In this document: one piece after another, positions 30,498 to 40,582 of the stretch | How the letters are laid out: every line of letters starts with the position of its first letter | Position numbering within the stretch: the stretch's first letter is position 1 | Origin: an uncultured delta proteobacterium | GTDB lineage: Bacteria; Desulfobacterota; Desulfuromonadia; Geobacterales; Pseudopelobacteraceae | Assembly (NCBI GenBank): GCA_963772835.1 | Contig: CAVYYZ010000002.1 | Span: 320,001-384,000, forward strand | Reading direction: 5' to 3' | Length of the DNA stretch: 64,000 nt | Position numbers and translations under genes: made by a program | Notes under the pieces: generated by a model | What the model was told of the DNA's origin: nothing | Seen by the model: the letters and a program-made list of their open reading frames with translations, nothing else | The model's database searches: none

Positions 30498-32357
30498 ATG
30501 GCAAAAGGTAAAACCGCCGCTCGCAAACTGCCACGGGGGGTGATGTTCCGATGGGCGGCATGGTTTCTTGCATTAAATTCAGTCATACTTATGCTTGTTT
30601 CTCTGAATTTCCTGAAATCAATGACTTTTCCTGACACGACGTTAGCGAAAGTTTTTCTTCTCCTGGCCTACCCCGGCCACTTCATATCTCTGGCTTTTTA
30701 TCTGTTCCCCGTCATTTCGCTGGCTATTCTCGTGCATCCGGTGCGCAGATTCTTATTCAGCCTGTCGATATGCCTGGAAACTGCTGTAATTCTTCTTGTT
30801 ATCGTTGACAGTCTTGTTTTTGCCCAATATCGTTTTCATCTTAACGGCATGGTATGGAATCTTCTGACCGGCGGCGCGGCAAAGGACATACTCCCGGTAA
30901 CCAATATGCTCTGGCTTGTCCTTGCGGTTTCAATCGCCGTCATCGCTTTTATTGAATGGGCGCTCGCGTATGCAGCCTGGTACTGGGCACAAAAGAACCC
31001 GCCACGGTTCGGAATTGTCATTGCCACGATAGCCGTACTGGTTATCATTGCCGGCCACAGCATGCATGTGTGGGCAGATGCACATCACTATACACAGATA
31101 ACAAAGCAGGTACGGTACCTCCCCGCCTACAAACCCCTCACAATGAAACACATGATGGCGAGAATGGGATTTGCCTCAGAACCAAAGAATGACGAGTTGT
31201 ACATGGGAGCCGGGAACAGTGCGCTGAGATACCCGATGGAAACCATCTCCTGTCCTGACAAGCAGGTGAAGCAGAATGTACTCCTGATTGTAATCGACAG
31301 CCTGCGTTCTGATATGCTGTCACCTGAAATAACCCCCAACATCTGGCGGTTGGCTCAAGAGAGCTGGCGCTTTGAAAATCACTTCAGCTCCGGCAATACG
31401 ACACGCTTTGGAATATTTGGACTCTTCTACGGGCTTTACGGCACCTATTGGCACTCTCTGCTGGCAGAAGAAAAAAGTCCCGTACTGATGAGGGAGTTTG
31501 AAAAACAGCAGTACCGGATGAAAATACTGGCCAGCGCCCCCCTCATTAATCCGGAATTTGACCGCACGGTCTTTTCTGACATACGGAACACAATCGAACT
31601 GCGCCAAACAGGAGCTGGTTCCGTTGAAAATGATCGGATTATCACAAACAAGATGGTCGATTATATTGCTTCATCCCCAATGAGTAAGCCTTTTTTTGGC
31701 TTTATGTTTTATGATTCACCGCATGTCGCAGGCCACCCTGCAGAAATAGCCCCGTTTCAACCGGCGTTAAAGGACGTAAATCATCTCACCCTGAACAGCA
31801 GTACCGATCAGGTGCCATACTTTAATAAATACAAAAATGCCGTGTATTACAATGACATTCTGGTCGGGGAGGTTTTGAGTCAACTAAAGAAAAGCCGGCT
31901 TCTGGAACATACAGTAATCATCATTACCGGCGATCATGGTGAAGAGTTCAATGATCTGAAATTGAACTATTGGGGGCATATCGGTAATTTTGCTCATTTT
32001 CAGACACAAACACCTCTGGTTATTCACTGGCCGGGGAAGAAGCCTGAAGTGTATACCCATACGACAAGTCATCTGGATATTGTCCCTACACTGATGAAAG
32101 ACCTGTTTGCCTGTAAGACCGAGGCATCGAAATTCAGTAATGGCAGATATTTACTGGACACATCCCCCCGCCCGTATGTACTGATAAGTTCATGGGACAC
32201 GTTCAGCACCAACGAGCCTGACAGAATAACCGTCGTGCAGAAGTCTGGCGAGATTGATATTCTTGACACATCCTACCGGCCACTACCCGGAGCAAAAATA
32301 CGGCCTGAAATTTCGAAAAGTGCAATGGAAGGGATGGGGCGGTTTTATGCTCGATGA
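30498..32357 (+). CDS. YejM/PbgA(LapC)-like DUF3413 + sulfatase-fold membrane protein
   Basis: About 5 TMs, YRFHLNG, HFSSGNTTRFGIFGLFYG, TGDHGEEF, TSHLDIVPTL. Confidence 0.85.
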   Translation: MAKGKTAARKLPRGVMFRWAAWFLALNSVILMLVSLNFLKSMTFPDTTLAKVFLLLAYPGHFISLAFYLFPVISLAILVHPVRRFLFSLSICLETAVILLVIVDSLVFAQYRFHLNGMVWNLLTGGAAKDILPVTNMLWLVLAVSIAVIAFIEWALAYAAWYWAQKNPPRFGIVIATIAVLVIIAGHSMHVWADAHHYTQITKQVRYLPAYKPLTMKHMMARMGFASEPKNDELYMGAGNSALRYPMETISCPDKQVKQNVLLIVIDSLRSDMLSPEITPNIWRLAQESWRFENHFSSGNTTRFGIFGLFYGLYGTYWHSLLAEEKSPVLMREFEKQQYRMKILASAPLINPEFDRTVFSDIRNTIELRQTGAGSVENDRIITNKMVDYIASSPMSKPFFGFMFYDSPHVAGHPAEIAPFQPALKDVNHLTLNSSTDQVPYFNKYKNAVYYNDILVGEVLSQLKKSRLLEHTVIIITGDHGEEFNDLKLNYWGHIGNFAHFQTQTPLVIHWPGKKPEVYTHTTSHLDIVPTLMKDLFACKTEASKFSNGRYLLDTSPRPYVLISSWDTFSTNEPDRITVVQKSGEIDILDTSYRPLPGAKIRPEISKSAMEGMGRFYAR

Positions 32358-33240
32358 AGGGCCGAAACGAACCATGAAAGCGTACCTCTTTGTCAACCCC
32401 GCATCCGGCAGTCACTCAAACAAGCATTTGCAGTTTGCACTGGAGCGATTACGCGAGCACTCAGTGATTCCGGTAATTTTCCAGGTCCGTACTCCGGTTG
32501 AAATTTTTGCCTGTTGTAATGTCATCAATAAGGAGAAAGAATCACCTCTGGTGATTGTCGCCGGAGGTGACGGGACATTCAATGCGGTAGTCAACGGGTT
32601 GGAACCGGGCACCGCAACGCTGGCAGTCCTGCCGTTCGGCACCTCCAACGTGCTGGCAGCGGAGATCGGAATAACATCGATTGATGATGCTCTTGACCGG
32701 ATTAACGCCGGGAAAACTCAATCTCTGTCGGTAGGAGTCCTTGAACTTAAGGAGCGAACACTCCGATTCGTACTCATGGCCGGAATCGGACTTGACGGGG
32801 CCGTCGTCAGAGATGTGTGGCCCCTGGGAAAAAAGTTCCTGCGACAGGGGGCCTATGCCCTGTCTGCGTTGAAAAGTGCAGTTTCATGGGATTCCACTTT
32901 TTTTGAAGTCAGCACACCTGGGGGAGATATTACGTGCCATACCGCTATTATCTGCAATGCCTCCCGCTATGGTGGTAATTTTATCCTGTCACCCGGTTTC
33001 AGCCCCTTTTCGTCGGGACTGTCTGCCGTCTGCGTAAATGGTAACAGGCGCAGCACGTATCTGAGCTGCGCACTGGATCTGCTCCAAAACAGGACGGAAA
33101 CAAACAGCGAACTGAGCCGGATAGACTCTTCAATATTTGAAATCCGCGGGGAGCACCCCATCCAGATAGATGGTGATTTCGTCGGCTATGGGCCGGCACG
33201 TATAACCGAATATGTCGATTTTGCTAAGATTATTGTGTAG
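32347..33240 (+). CDS. Diacylglycerol/lipid kinase family (DAGK/YegS)
   Basis: NPASG, GGDGT, PFGTSN, IQIDGD. Confidence 0.9.
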   Translation: MLDEGPKRTMKAYLFVNPASGSHSNKHLQFALERLREHSVIPVIFQVRTPVEIFACCNVINKEKESPLVIVAGGDGTFNAVVNGLEPGTATLAVLPFGTSNVLAAEIGITSIDDALDRINAGKTQSLSVGVLELKERTLRFVLMAGIGLDGAVVRDVWPLGKKFLRQGAYALSALKSAVSWDSTFFEVSTPGGDITCHTAIICNASRYGGNFILSPGFSPFSSGLSAVCVNGNRRSTYLSCALDLLQNRTETNSELSRIDSSIFEIRGEHPIQIDGDFVGYGPARITEYVDFAKIIV

Positions 33241-33291
33241 TGATGTTTCTTTAGGTTCCCATTCATTCAGTAGACAGGATGTACATTCACC

Positions 33292-34083
33292 ATGGCACTT
33301 CATCGTTTTTCCCGCACCGAGCTTCTGATTGGAACTGCAGGTTTATCAACTCTGGCCGCTACACACATCATGATCTGCGGTATCGGCGGGGTCGGCAGCT
33401 ATGCAGCCGAGGCACTGGGGCGGGCCGGTGTCGGGAAAATCACTCTGGTTGATTTTGACGACATCTGCCTGACCAACATTAATCGACAGATCCATGCTCT
33501 GTCCAGCACGGTAGGACAGCAGAAAGTTGAAGCAATGGCGGCGAGGTTGCGCGATATCAATCCGGGGGCAGAGATCGTACCGGTCAAAGAATTCTTCTCT
33601 CAGGATAACGCCGCAGAGCTGCTTACCCCCCGTCCCGATTATGTACTGGATGCGATTGACCATTTCACCGCCAAAACGTCGCTGATAACAATCTGCCGGC
33701 AGCAGGGAATTCCGGTCATCTCCAGCATGGGGGCTGCAAACAAACTCGATCCAACGAAGATACTGGTCTCCGACATCTCAGCCACTAAAAACTGCCGCAT
33801 GGCCCGCAGTATGCGGAGAATTCTGAAAAATGCCGGCGTCACAACGGGAGTGCAGGTGGTCTATTCAACCGAACTGCACCGTGAACTTGATCCCGCATCT
33901 TCAAGTGCCTGCGGCATTGACTGTATCTGCCCCAACAGATCAGAACAGACGTTCAGCTGCGAACATCGGCGGGTGATTCTCGGCAGCATTTCATACATCC
34001 CATCGATCTTCGGTTTGACGATGGCAGGATTTGTCGTTAATGAGCTTTTGAGCCTGAATAACAGCCCGGCAAAAAAAGATTAA
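33292..34083 (+). CDS. tcdA: tRNA threonylcarbamoyladenosine dehydratase (ThiF family)
   Basis: RFSRTELLIG, GIGGVGS, TNINRQ, DAID, SSMGAA. Confidence 0.88.
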   Translation: MALHRFSRTELLIGTAGLSTLAATHIMICGIGGVGSYAAEALGRAGVGKITLVDFDDICLTNINRQIHALSSTVGQQKVEAMAARLRDINPGAEIVPVKEFFSQDNAAELLTPRPDYVLDAIDHFTAKTSLITICRQQGIPVISSMGAANKLDPTKILVSDISATKNCRMARSMRRILKNAGVTTGVQVVYSTELHRELDPASSSACGIDCICPNRSEQTFSCEHRRVILGSISYIPSIFGLTMAGFVVNELLSLNNSPAKKD

Positions 34084-34113
34084 GCATTTACCGACATATC
34101 GTGCTGTTTTTTA

Positions 34114-34143
34114 TTGACAAGCCCTGAAAATAAAGGGTAACGT
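34114..34143 (+). promoter_or_regulatory. Putative sigma70 promoter of rho
   Basis: TTGACA-18 nt-TAACGT, about 230 nt upstream of the rho ATG. Confidence 0.55.
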
Positions 34144-34369
34144 CACATCCACCTCAGACTGAACATCCTGGCATCCGTACAGATCCCTAGACTTCTTCAA
34201 ACGTACACAAATTCGTATCTACTGGAAAAATCATATTCTGCTGCATGAGCCAAAAGCTCCCGTCTTTGACAGACACCATTAAAAACAGCCACGTCATAGT
34301 TTCCCCGGAAGAGTTAAGCCCATCTATGCTAAATCCCCATACCAAGAACAACACGACGCAGGAGAACAG

Positions 34370-35617
34370 ATGAATTTACAGGAGCTTAAAGGCAAGAAGA
34401 TCAGTGACCTCAACACTATTGCACGGGATCTCAACATCGAAGGGGCGTCGAGTCTCCGAAAACAGGATCTGATTTTTGCGATCCTGAACGCCCAGACAGA
34501 ACAGAATGGTTCGATTTTCGGCGAAGGTGTTCTGGAAACACTTCAGGACGGGTTCGGCTTTCTCCGCGCAACCGACTACAACTATCTGCCAGGCCCGGAT
34601 GATATTTATGTTTCTCCCAGTCAGATCAGGCGTTTCAACCTGCGCACCGGTGATACCGTTTCAGGCCAGATCAGACCTCCTAAAGAGGGCGAGCGTTATT
34701 TCGCACTGCTTAAAGTTGAGTCAGTCAACCACGAATCGCCGGAAATTGCCCGCGACAAGATCCTCTTTGACAACCTGACGCCGCTTTACCCGCAGGAAAA
34801 ACTCACCCTCGAGACAACATCGGAAAATATGCCGATGCGCGTCATTGAACTGGTGGCTCCCATCGGGAAAGGGCAGCGAGGCCTTATTGTTGCGCCTCCA
34901 CGTACCGGCAAGACCGTTCTGATCCAGAACATTGCCAACTCGATAGCCGCCAATCACCCGGAAGTCTATCTGATTGTCCTGTTGATCGACGAACGTCCCG
35001 AAGAGGTAACCGACATGCAGCGCTCCGTTAATGGTGAAGTTGTATCGTCCACGTTTGACGAACCTGCCACCCGCCACGTTCAGGTTGCCGAGATGGTTAT
35101 CGAAAAGGCCAAGCGACTCGTTGAGCATAAAAAAGATGTTGTCATTCTTCTTGATTCCATCACCCGTCTGGCCCGGGCTTACAATACGGTATTGCCGCCG
35201 TCCGGCAAAATTCTGACCGGCGGCGTGGACGCCAACGCCCTTCAGAAACCGAAGCGTTTCTTCGGTGCGGCCCGTAATATTGAAGAGGGTGGTTCACTGA
35301 CAATCATCGCCACTGCACTGGTCGATACCGGCAGCAAAATGGATGACGTCATCTTTGAAGAATTCAAAGGCACCGGCAATATGGAACTGCATCTTGACCG
35401 CAAACTGGTTGAGAAGCGCACTTTCCCGGCCATTGACATCAACAAATCAGGAACCCGTAAGGAAGAACTGCTTATAGAGAAGAGCTCTCTCAACCGTATC
35501 TGGATTCTGCGCAAGGTTATTCACCCGATGAACGTGGTTGACAGTATTGAGTTTCTGCTGGACAAACTTTCAGAAGCCAAGACAAATCAGGCTTTTTTGG
35601 ATTCGATGTCGAAATAA
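34370..35617 (+). CDS. rho: Transcription termination factor Rho
   Basis: [32 protein letters not shown]. Confidence 0.98.
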   Translation: MNLQELKGKKISDLNTIARDLNIEGASSLRKQDLIFAILNAQTEQNGSIFGEGVLETLQDGFGFLRATDYNYLPGPDDIYVSPSQIRRFNLRTGDTVSGQIRPPKEGERYFALLKVESVNHESPEIARDKILFDNLTPLYPQEKLTLETTSENMPMRVIELVAPIGKGQRGLIVAPPRTGKTVLIQNIANSIAANHPEVYLIVLLIDERPEEVTDMQRSVNGEVVSSTFDEPATRHVQVAEMVIEKAKRLVEHKKDVVILLDSITRLARAYNTVLPPSGKILTGGVDANALQKPKRFFGAARNIEEGGSLTIIATALVDTGSKMDDVIFEEFKGTGNMELHLDRKLVEKRTFPAIDINKSGTRKEELLIEKSSLNRIWILRKVIHPMNVVDSIEFLLDKLSEAKTNQAFLDSMSK

Positions 35618-35621
35618 ATTG

Positions 35622-35650
35622 TTGCAAAAAATATTCAAAATATATACTAT
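35622..35650 (+). promoter_or_regulatory. Putative sigma70 promoter of rpmE
   Basis: TTGCAA-17 nt-TACTAT. Confidence 0.55.
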
Positions 35651-35711
35651 GACTCTTTACTGTTCATAATTGATTACGTTACGCTGCAAAGCACTACTGA
35701 AGGAGGAAGAG

Positions 35712-35912
35712 ATGAAAGAAGGTATTCACCCGGATTATTCCGAAATTACCGTTAAGTGCCTGTGCGGTAATACATTTGAGACCCGCTCCACAAAAAAAGA
35801 GATCAGCACTGAGATCTGTTCTGCCTGCCATCCGTTTTACACCGGAAAGCAGAAGTTAATTGACACAGCCGGACGTGTTGATCGTTACAAAAAGCGTTAC
35901 GGCCAGATTTGA
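35712..35912 (+). CDS. rpmE: 50S ribosomal protein L31 (Zn-binding type)
   Basis: [38 protein letters not shown]. Confidence 0.97.
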   Translation: MKEGIHPDYSEITVKCLCGNTFETRSTKKEISTEICSACHPFYTGKQKLIDTAGRVDRYKKRYGQI

Positions 35913-35936
35913 TCGATCATTTCGTAGCCACATGAG

Positions 35937-35971
35937 AGGGGCTTTGTCGCGAGGCAAATCCCCTTTTTTTT
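35937..35971 (+). terminator. Intrinsic terminator after rpmE
   Basis: GGG..TTTGTC-GCGA-GGCAAA..CCC hairpin followed by a T run. Confidence 0.7.
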
Positions 35972-36083
35972 CTCCTGGTGCCCCTGCTTCCACCAAGCCG
36001 GCTTCCGGGGCACCTACTACCAATTCAGAGCATGCCGGCTTACATGACCATTGCTTACCCGAGCATGGCTCGAACAGGACACT

Positions 36084-36776
36084 ATGAACGTTACCCTGAT
36101 CGAACACACCCCCAATCCTGAACGTACCGTAGCACTGGCCGCCCGTCTCTGTTACTCGCCTGCTTCAATTGATGATTTACGGGAAAAACTGGCGGCATCT
36201 GACATCGAGTCGTTTCTGGACAAGATCATGTCATTGGGCCACCATTCGGTACTTGAACACGCTTCCTTTACCTTCGGCATCGAGGGGGTTTCGCGGGTCA
36301 CCACTCACCAGCTGGTACGTCACCGCATCGCCTCATTTTCTCAGCAATCCCAGCGCTACGTTTCACATAAGGAGGAATTCGCCTCCATCATGCCGGACAC
36401 CATTGCCGAAAATGCTGAAGCACGGCAGATTTTTGCCGGTATGTCGGAAACCATTCACAAGGCCTATGGTCAGCTGATCGAGTTGGGGATTCCGGCCGAG
36501 GATGCCCGTTACATCCTGCCCAATGCCGCCGAGACGAAGATTATTATGACCATGAACGCCCGGGAACTGCTGCACTTTTTTGCCCTGCGCTGCTGTCAAC
36601 GCGCTCAGTGGGAAATCCGGGCTATGAGTGATGAGATGCTGCGCCTTGTAAAAAAAACAGCGCCGATTCTCTTCCGCCAGGCCGGTCCTGGATGCGTAGG
36701 AGGCCCCTGCCCGGAAGGAAAGTTCTGTTGCGGGAAGACGGCCGAAATCAGGGAATTTTACAAAAATCTGCAATAG
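36084..36776 (+). CDS. thyX: FAD-dependent thymidylate synthase
   Basis: GHHSVLEH, RHRIASFSQQSQRY, AQWEIR. Confidence 0.96.
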   Translation: MNVTLIEHTPNPERTVALAARLCYSPASIDDLREKLAASDIESFLDKIMSLGHHSVLEHASFTFGIEGVSRVTTHQLVRHRIASFSQQSQRYVSHKEEFASIMPDTIAENAEARQIFAGMSETIHKAYGQLIELGIPAEDARYILPNAAETKIIMTMNARELLHFFALRCCQRAQWEIRAMSDEMLRLVKKTAPILFRQAGPGCVGGPCPEGKFCCGKTAEIREFYKNLQ

Positions 36777-36809
36777 TTCTGAGCAGGGCAAGCCGGAATC
36801 AGAATCTTC

Positions 36810-36914
36810 AACGCAAAGACGCTAAGACACAAAGACGCAGAGAAAAGCGTTTTATAAAAGTTTGATTCATGATTTTGTTTACTTTGCGTCTTCGCGCCAT
36901 TGCGTCTTTGCGTT
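36810..36914. repeat. Inverted repeat whose arms are 4x octamer tandem repeats (CGCAAAGA-type)
   Basis: Left arm aacgcaaaga-cgctaaga-cacaaaga-cgcagaga; right arm ctttgcgt-cttcgcgc-cattgcgt-ctttgcgtt. Confidence 0.85.
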
Positions 36915-36983
36915 AGGCTTTTCCGGGCATTTAACTCATATTTTTGTAATAAATTAAAATCGAAATAAAACCAAAGAGGTTCC

Positions 36984-37925
36984 ATGGATAAGATACATGT
37001 CGGCGGCCAGGCCGTTATTGAAGGGGTGATGATGCGCGCGCCCCGTTCGGTCGCCATTGCTGTACGCAGGCCCGATGGTGAAATCGTAGTCAAAAGAGAG
37101 CTTGTAGTACCGCTCTCCGAGCGTTTTCCGGTAGTGAAACTGCCGATAGTGCGCGGTGCGGTGGCACTCGTTTCGTCTCTGATCATCGGCATCAAGGCCC
37201 TGAATTTCTCAGCCAATGAAGCGATGACTGAAGATGAAAAAGAGATTGAAACGAAAAAGAACGCCGGGAAAGAGAAGGGGGGCGATCTCTCTTCGTGGGC
37301 CATGGCCGGGACTATGGCTATGGCCTTCGGTTTTGGTATCTGCCTGTTTTTCCTGTTCCCGCTTTACCTGACCAAGCTGCTGACGCCGGTCATCGGCGAC
37401 AACAACCTCATCTTTAATCTTGTGGATGGTGTCATCAGGGTGTTTGTGTTCCTCCTCTACATCTGGGCCATCTCACGAATGGAAGATATTCAGCGGGTTT
37501 TTCAGTATCACGGAGCCGAACACAAATCTATTTTTGCCTTTGAAGCCGGAGTTGCGTTGACGGTTGAGAATGTTCGACGCTACAACCGTCTCCATCCACG
37601 GTGCGGCACCAGTTTTCTGCTGATCGTTATGCTGGTCAGCATAGCCGTATTCTCCCTGATTCCCAAGCTCTGGCCGTTTTATCTTAAAGCGGGATCGCGC
37701 ATAGTGCTGTTACCGATGATCGCCGGCATTTCCTATGAATTTCTCAAATGGAGCGCAACGCACGACAGCCACCCGCTCGTCAAAATGGTTATCACCCCCG
37801 GCCTGGCACTGCAGCGCCTGACCACCAGAGAGCCTGACGACAGTCAGATTGAAGTTGCCATTCGTGCCATGAATGAAGCACTGGAGGTAAATGCAGGCTA
37901 CAAGGACGACCGGTTAGTGGTATAA
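36984..37925 (+). CDS. DUF1385 membrane protein
   Basis: GGQAVIEGVMMR, YHGAEHK, HPRCGTSF, LTTREP. Confidence 0.92.
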   Translation: MDKIHVGGQAVIEGVMMRAPRSVAIAVRRPDGEIVVKRELVVPLSERFPVVKLPIVRGAVALVSSLIIGIKALNFSANEAMTEDEKEIETKKNAGKEKGGDLSSWAMAGTMAMAFGFGICLFFLFPLYLTKLLTPVIGDNNLIFNLVDGVIRVFVFLLYIWAISRMEDIQRVFQYHGAEHKSIFAFEAGVALTVENVRRYNRLHPRCGTSFLLIVMLVSIAVFSLIPKLWPFYLKAGSRIVLLPMIAGISYEFLKWSATHDSHPLVKMVITPGLALQRLTTREPDDSQIEVAIRAMNEALEVNAGYKDDRLVV

Positions 37926-37952
37926 GCCGGCTTTCTCAGATCTGTCACTCGT

Positions 37953-38831
37953 ATGCTCTCCTATGTAATAACCCACCAGGACCACTGCCGAAGAATGGAA
38001 AGCTATCTGCGGACACTGATGCCGAAATCCCCGTTCGGCTATGCCCGTAAACTGATTAAAAGCGGTGCAGCCGTACTCAATGGCGCTCAGGCTTCAGCCG
38101 ATGTATTTCTAAACGTCCATGACACCATCACGCTCAAAGAAAGCGCTGTTACGGTCGCACACCTGTCAGCGATCCGACCGGATCTTGACATACTGTACGA
38201 AGACGGCCAGATCCTGGTTGCCAACAAGCCTCCCGGGCTGCCGATGCACCGAACCGCAGAATTTGAGGACAACCTGGTGGATGTTGGCCAGGACTATATG
38301 ATTCAGCGCGCGTCGCCCTGTAAATTATACCCGGTCAACCGGTTGGATCGCGGCACATCCGGAGCGGTTATTATGGCCAAAAGTTCCAGCTCTGCGGCAA
38401 TCTACGGCCGTCAGGTAAAGGAGACGGGCCTGGACAAGCTTTACCTGGCTCTGGTATGGGGGGTTCCTGAAAGCACCGGCGTTATCAACGAACCGCTGGA
38501 TGACAAGGAGTCCGAAACCCGATTCAGGATACTTCTTGCAGGAGACAATTGTTCTCTGCTGGCCGTTACCCCGATCAGCGGGCGTATGCATCAGATCCGC
38601 CGTCATATGGCATCAATAGGACGTCCGGTTGTTGGTGACAAACGATACGGCGGTGGAGATATGCCGGAACTGTCGGGATTCGCGCTGCACTCATTCCGGA
38701 CAGCACTTGTACTGGCTGAATCGGGGGGACTCACAGTATGTGCTCCGGTCTCGGATGAAATGCTGAATCTCTGCGAACTGAGAGGGATCATGCGCGACAA
38801 ATTACTGGAAACGGTATATCGTCTGGTTTAA
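37953..38831 (+). CDS. RluA-family pseudouridine synthase
   Basis: NKPPG, NRLDRGTSG, GRMHQIRRH, GDKRYG. Confidence 0.9.
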   Translation: MLSYVITHQDHCRRMESYLRTLMPKSPFGYARKLIKSGAAVLNGAQASADVFLNVHDTITLKESAVTVAHLSAIRPDLDILYEDGQILVANKPPGLPMHRTAEFEDNLVDVGQDYMIQRASPCKLYPVNRLDRGTSGAVIMAKSSSSAAIYGRQVKETGLDKLYLALVWGVPESTGVINEPLDDKESETRFRILLAGDNCSLLAVTPISGRMHQIRRHMASIGRPVVGDKRYGGGDMPELSGFALHSFRTALVLAESGGLTVCAPVSDEMLNLCELRGIMRDKLLETVYRLV

Positions 38832-38881
38832 AATAATCCTGCGTGCTTCGGGATGTTTTGTCTGCGGCAAAAGGAGACATC

Positions 38882-39649
38882 ATGAAAGAAAAAACTATTT
38901 TCATCACCGGCGCGTCTGCCGGGTTCGGCGCTGCCTGCGCCCGCATGTTTGCGTCCGATGGCAACCGGCTGATCCTGACAGCCCGAAGAATTGATCCGCT
39001 CCTGAAGCTGCAGGAGGAACTATCGTCAGATGCAGAAATACAGGTAATCCCGCTTGATGTGAGTGACCGTCAGGCGGTACAGGGAGCGATTGAGTCTCTA
39101 CCGGAGCGCTTCCGGAATATCGACGTGCTGCTGAACAATGCAGGACTGGCTTTAGGACTGGAACCGGCTCATCGGGTAGATCTTGATGACTGGGAGACCA
39201 TGGTGGATACCAACATAAAAGGCCTGATGTACTGCACCCGATTCGTACTGCCAGGAATGGTGGCCCGTAATCGTGGTCACATCATCAATATCAGCTCAAC
39301 TGCCGGTGCCTGGCCCTATCCGGGAGGCAATGTGTACGGCGGCACCAAAGCCTTCGTAACCCAGTTTTCCCGAAACCTGCGGTGCGATCTGCTCGGGACC
39401 CGTGTGAGGGTTTCCTGTATTCAGCCCGGCATGGCTGAAACTGAATTTTCAAAGGTGCGTTTCAAAGGTAATGACGAACTTGCCGCCACTGTTTACCAGG
39501 GGACAGATCCTCTGATGGCGGAAGATATCGCTGAAACGGTTCGCTGGATTGTCAGCCAACCGCCTCATGTTAATGTCAACACCCTGGAGTTGATGTCCAT
39601 TGATCAGGCCTGGGGCCCGTTCGCTATTCACCGGAAAGGGACGCCATAA
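38882..39649 (+). CDS. SDR oxidoreductase (YdfG-like)
   Basis: TGASAGFG, NNAGLALG, YGGTK, PGMAETEFS. Confidence 0.9.
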   Translation: MKEKTIFITGASAGFGAACARMFASDGNRLILTARRIDPLLKLQEELSSDAEIQVIPLDVSDRQAVQGAIESLPERFRNIDVLLNNAGLALGLEPAHRVDLDDWETMVDTNIKGLMYCTRFVLPGMVARNRGHIINISSTAGAWPYPGGNVYGGTKAFVTQFSRNLRCDLLGTRVRVSCIQPGMAETEFSKVRFKGNDELAATVYQGTDPLMAEDIAETVRWIVSQPPHVNVNTLELMSIDQAWGPFAIHRKGTP

Positions 39650-39748
39650 TTCAGCCCCCGGTTCGTTGCCTCGATGCAAACTTCCTCGACATAGTCAGAT
39701 GCTATGTCTGCGTCGTTTGCCTCTCGCCGCCTGCCGGTCATCTGAATT
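39648..39748. repeat. ~100 bp nested imperfect palindrome (REP/MITE-like)
   Basis: AATTCAG/CTGAATT, CCGG/CCGG, GCAAAC/GTTTGC, GACATAG/CTATGTC nested pairs. Confidence 0.7.
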
Positions 39749-39791
39749 CTGACACCCCAAAACGCATACTGTAATCATAAGGATATTAGAC

Positions 39792-40424
39792 ATGGCAAAA
39801 GAGCTCTACGTTGGACATATCTCGGAACAGGCAACCGAAGAAGATCTTCGCAAACTTTTTGAGATTATGGGAGTTGTCACCTCAGTACACCTGATCGTAG
39901 ATGAGCAGACCGGTGAATTCAAACGCTGCGGATATGTCAGGATGCTGTCGGAAGTCAACCTGAATGAGGTAGTTGAAACGCTGGATGGCACATACCTGAT
40001 TGACCGCTGTATTGTCGTCAGCATTGCCGTTCCGCAGAAAGATCGTCCGGCAAAGACACCGTACGTCAAGAAAAAACCTGGAACGGGTTCTCGTCCGCTG
40101 CCTGCCGCCCGGCCGGCTGCAGGTGCCCGTCCTGTCGGAGCTCGATCCACTGGCTCACGTCCGGCGCCGGTTGAGAGCACCGCCGGAAGTACGCGACCTG
40201 CTGCGGTAAAGCCTGCGAAGAGTGCCCGTCCTATCGTTAAAGAGGCAACAAAGACAGGTCGTTCTTCCGCAGCAAAAGAGGCGGTGAGAAAATACCGCCC
40301 CAAAGTGACTAAAGATGGTTCTGCAAGTGAACGTCCCGCGCCCGCTTCCAAACGGACCGGACGCCCGGCAGCCGGCAAACGGCAGGGAGAGGGTTCACGC
40401 CCACCGGCCAAAGGGCGCAGATAA
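39792..40424 (+). CDS. RRM RNA-binding protein with long basic low-complexity tail
   Basis: ELYVGHI (RNP2), RCGYVRM (RNP1), R/P/A/K-rich C-terminus. Confidence 0.85.
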   Translation: MAKELYVGHISEQATEEDLRKLFEIMGVVTSVHLIVDEQTGEFKRCGYVRMLSEVNLNEVVETLDGTYLIDRCIVVSIAVPQKDRPAKTPYVKKKPGTGSRPLPAARPAAGARPVGARSTGSRPAPVESTAGSTRPAAVKPAKSARPIVKEATKTGRSSAAKEAVRKYRPKVTKDGSASERPAPASKRTGRPAAGKRQGEGSRPPAKGRR

Positions 40425-40582
40425 ACAGTTACATGCAGCGTCGCCCCACCCTCCTTCTGGGCACTCTCAGAGGGGAAACGGAACCGTTCATCCTTCCCTG
40501 TGAGCTTCAGGCAGCCCGCAGGGAAGGTAATATGAGTTATTCTTGCAATCGACAGATTTCAGTCCACCTCAAGGAGCACGCC

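Noticed and set aside
35977..36014. GGTGCCCC/GGGGCACC hairpin upstream of thyX as a riboswitch
   Set aside because: A single stem with no recognisable aptamer consensus
36810..36914. Possible CRISPR array
   Set aside because: Units are 8 nt with no unique spacers; no cas genes in the window
40433..40582. N-terminal extension of the DUF4139 ORF in the ORF track
   Set aside because: The signal peptide and AAGGAG RBS point to ATG 40583
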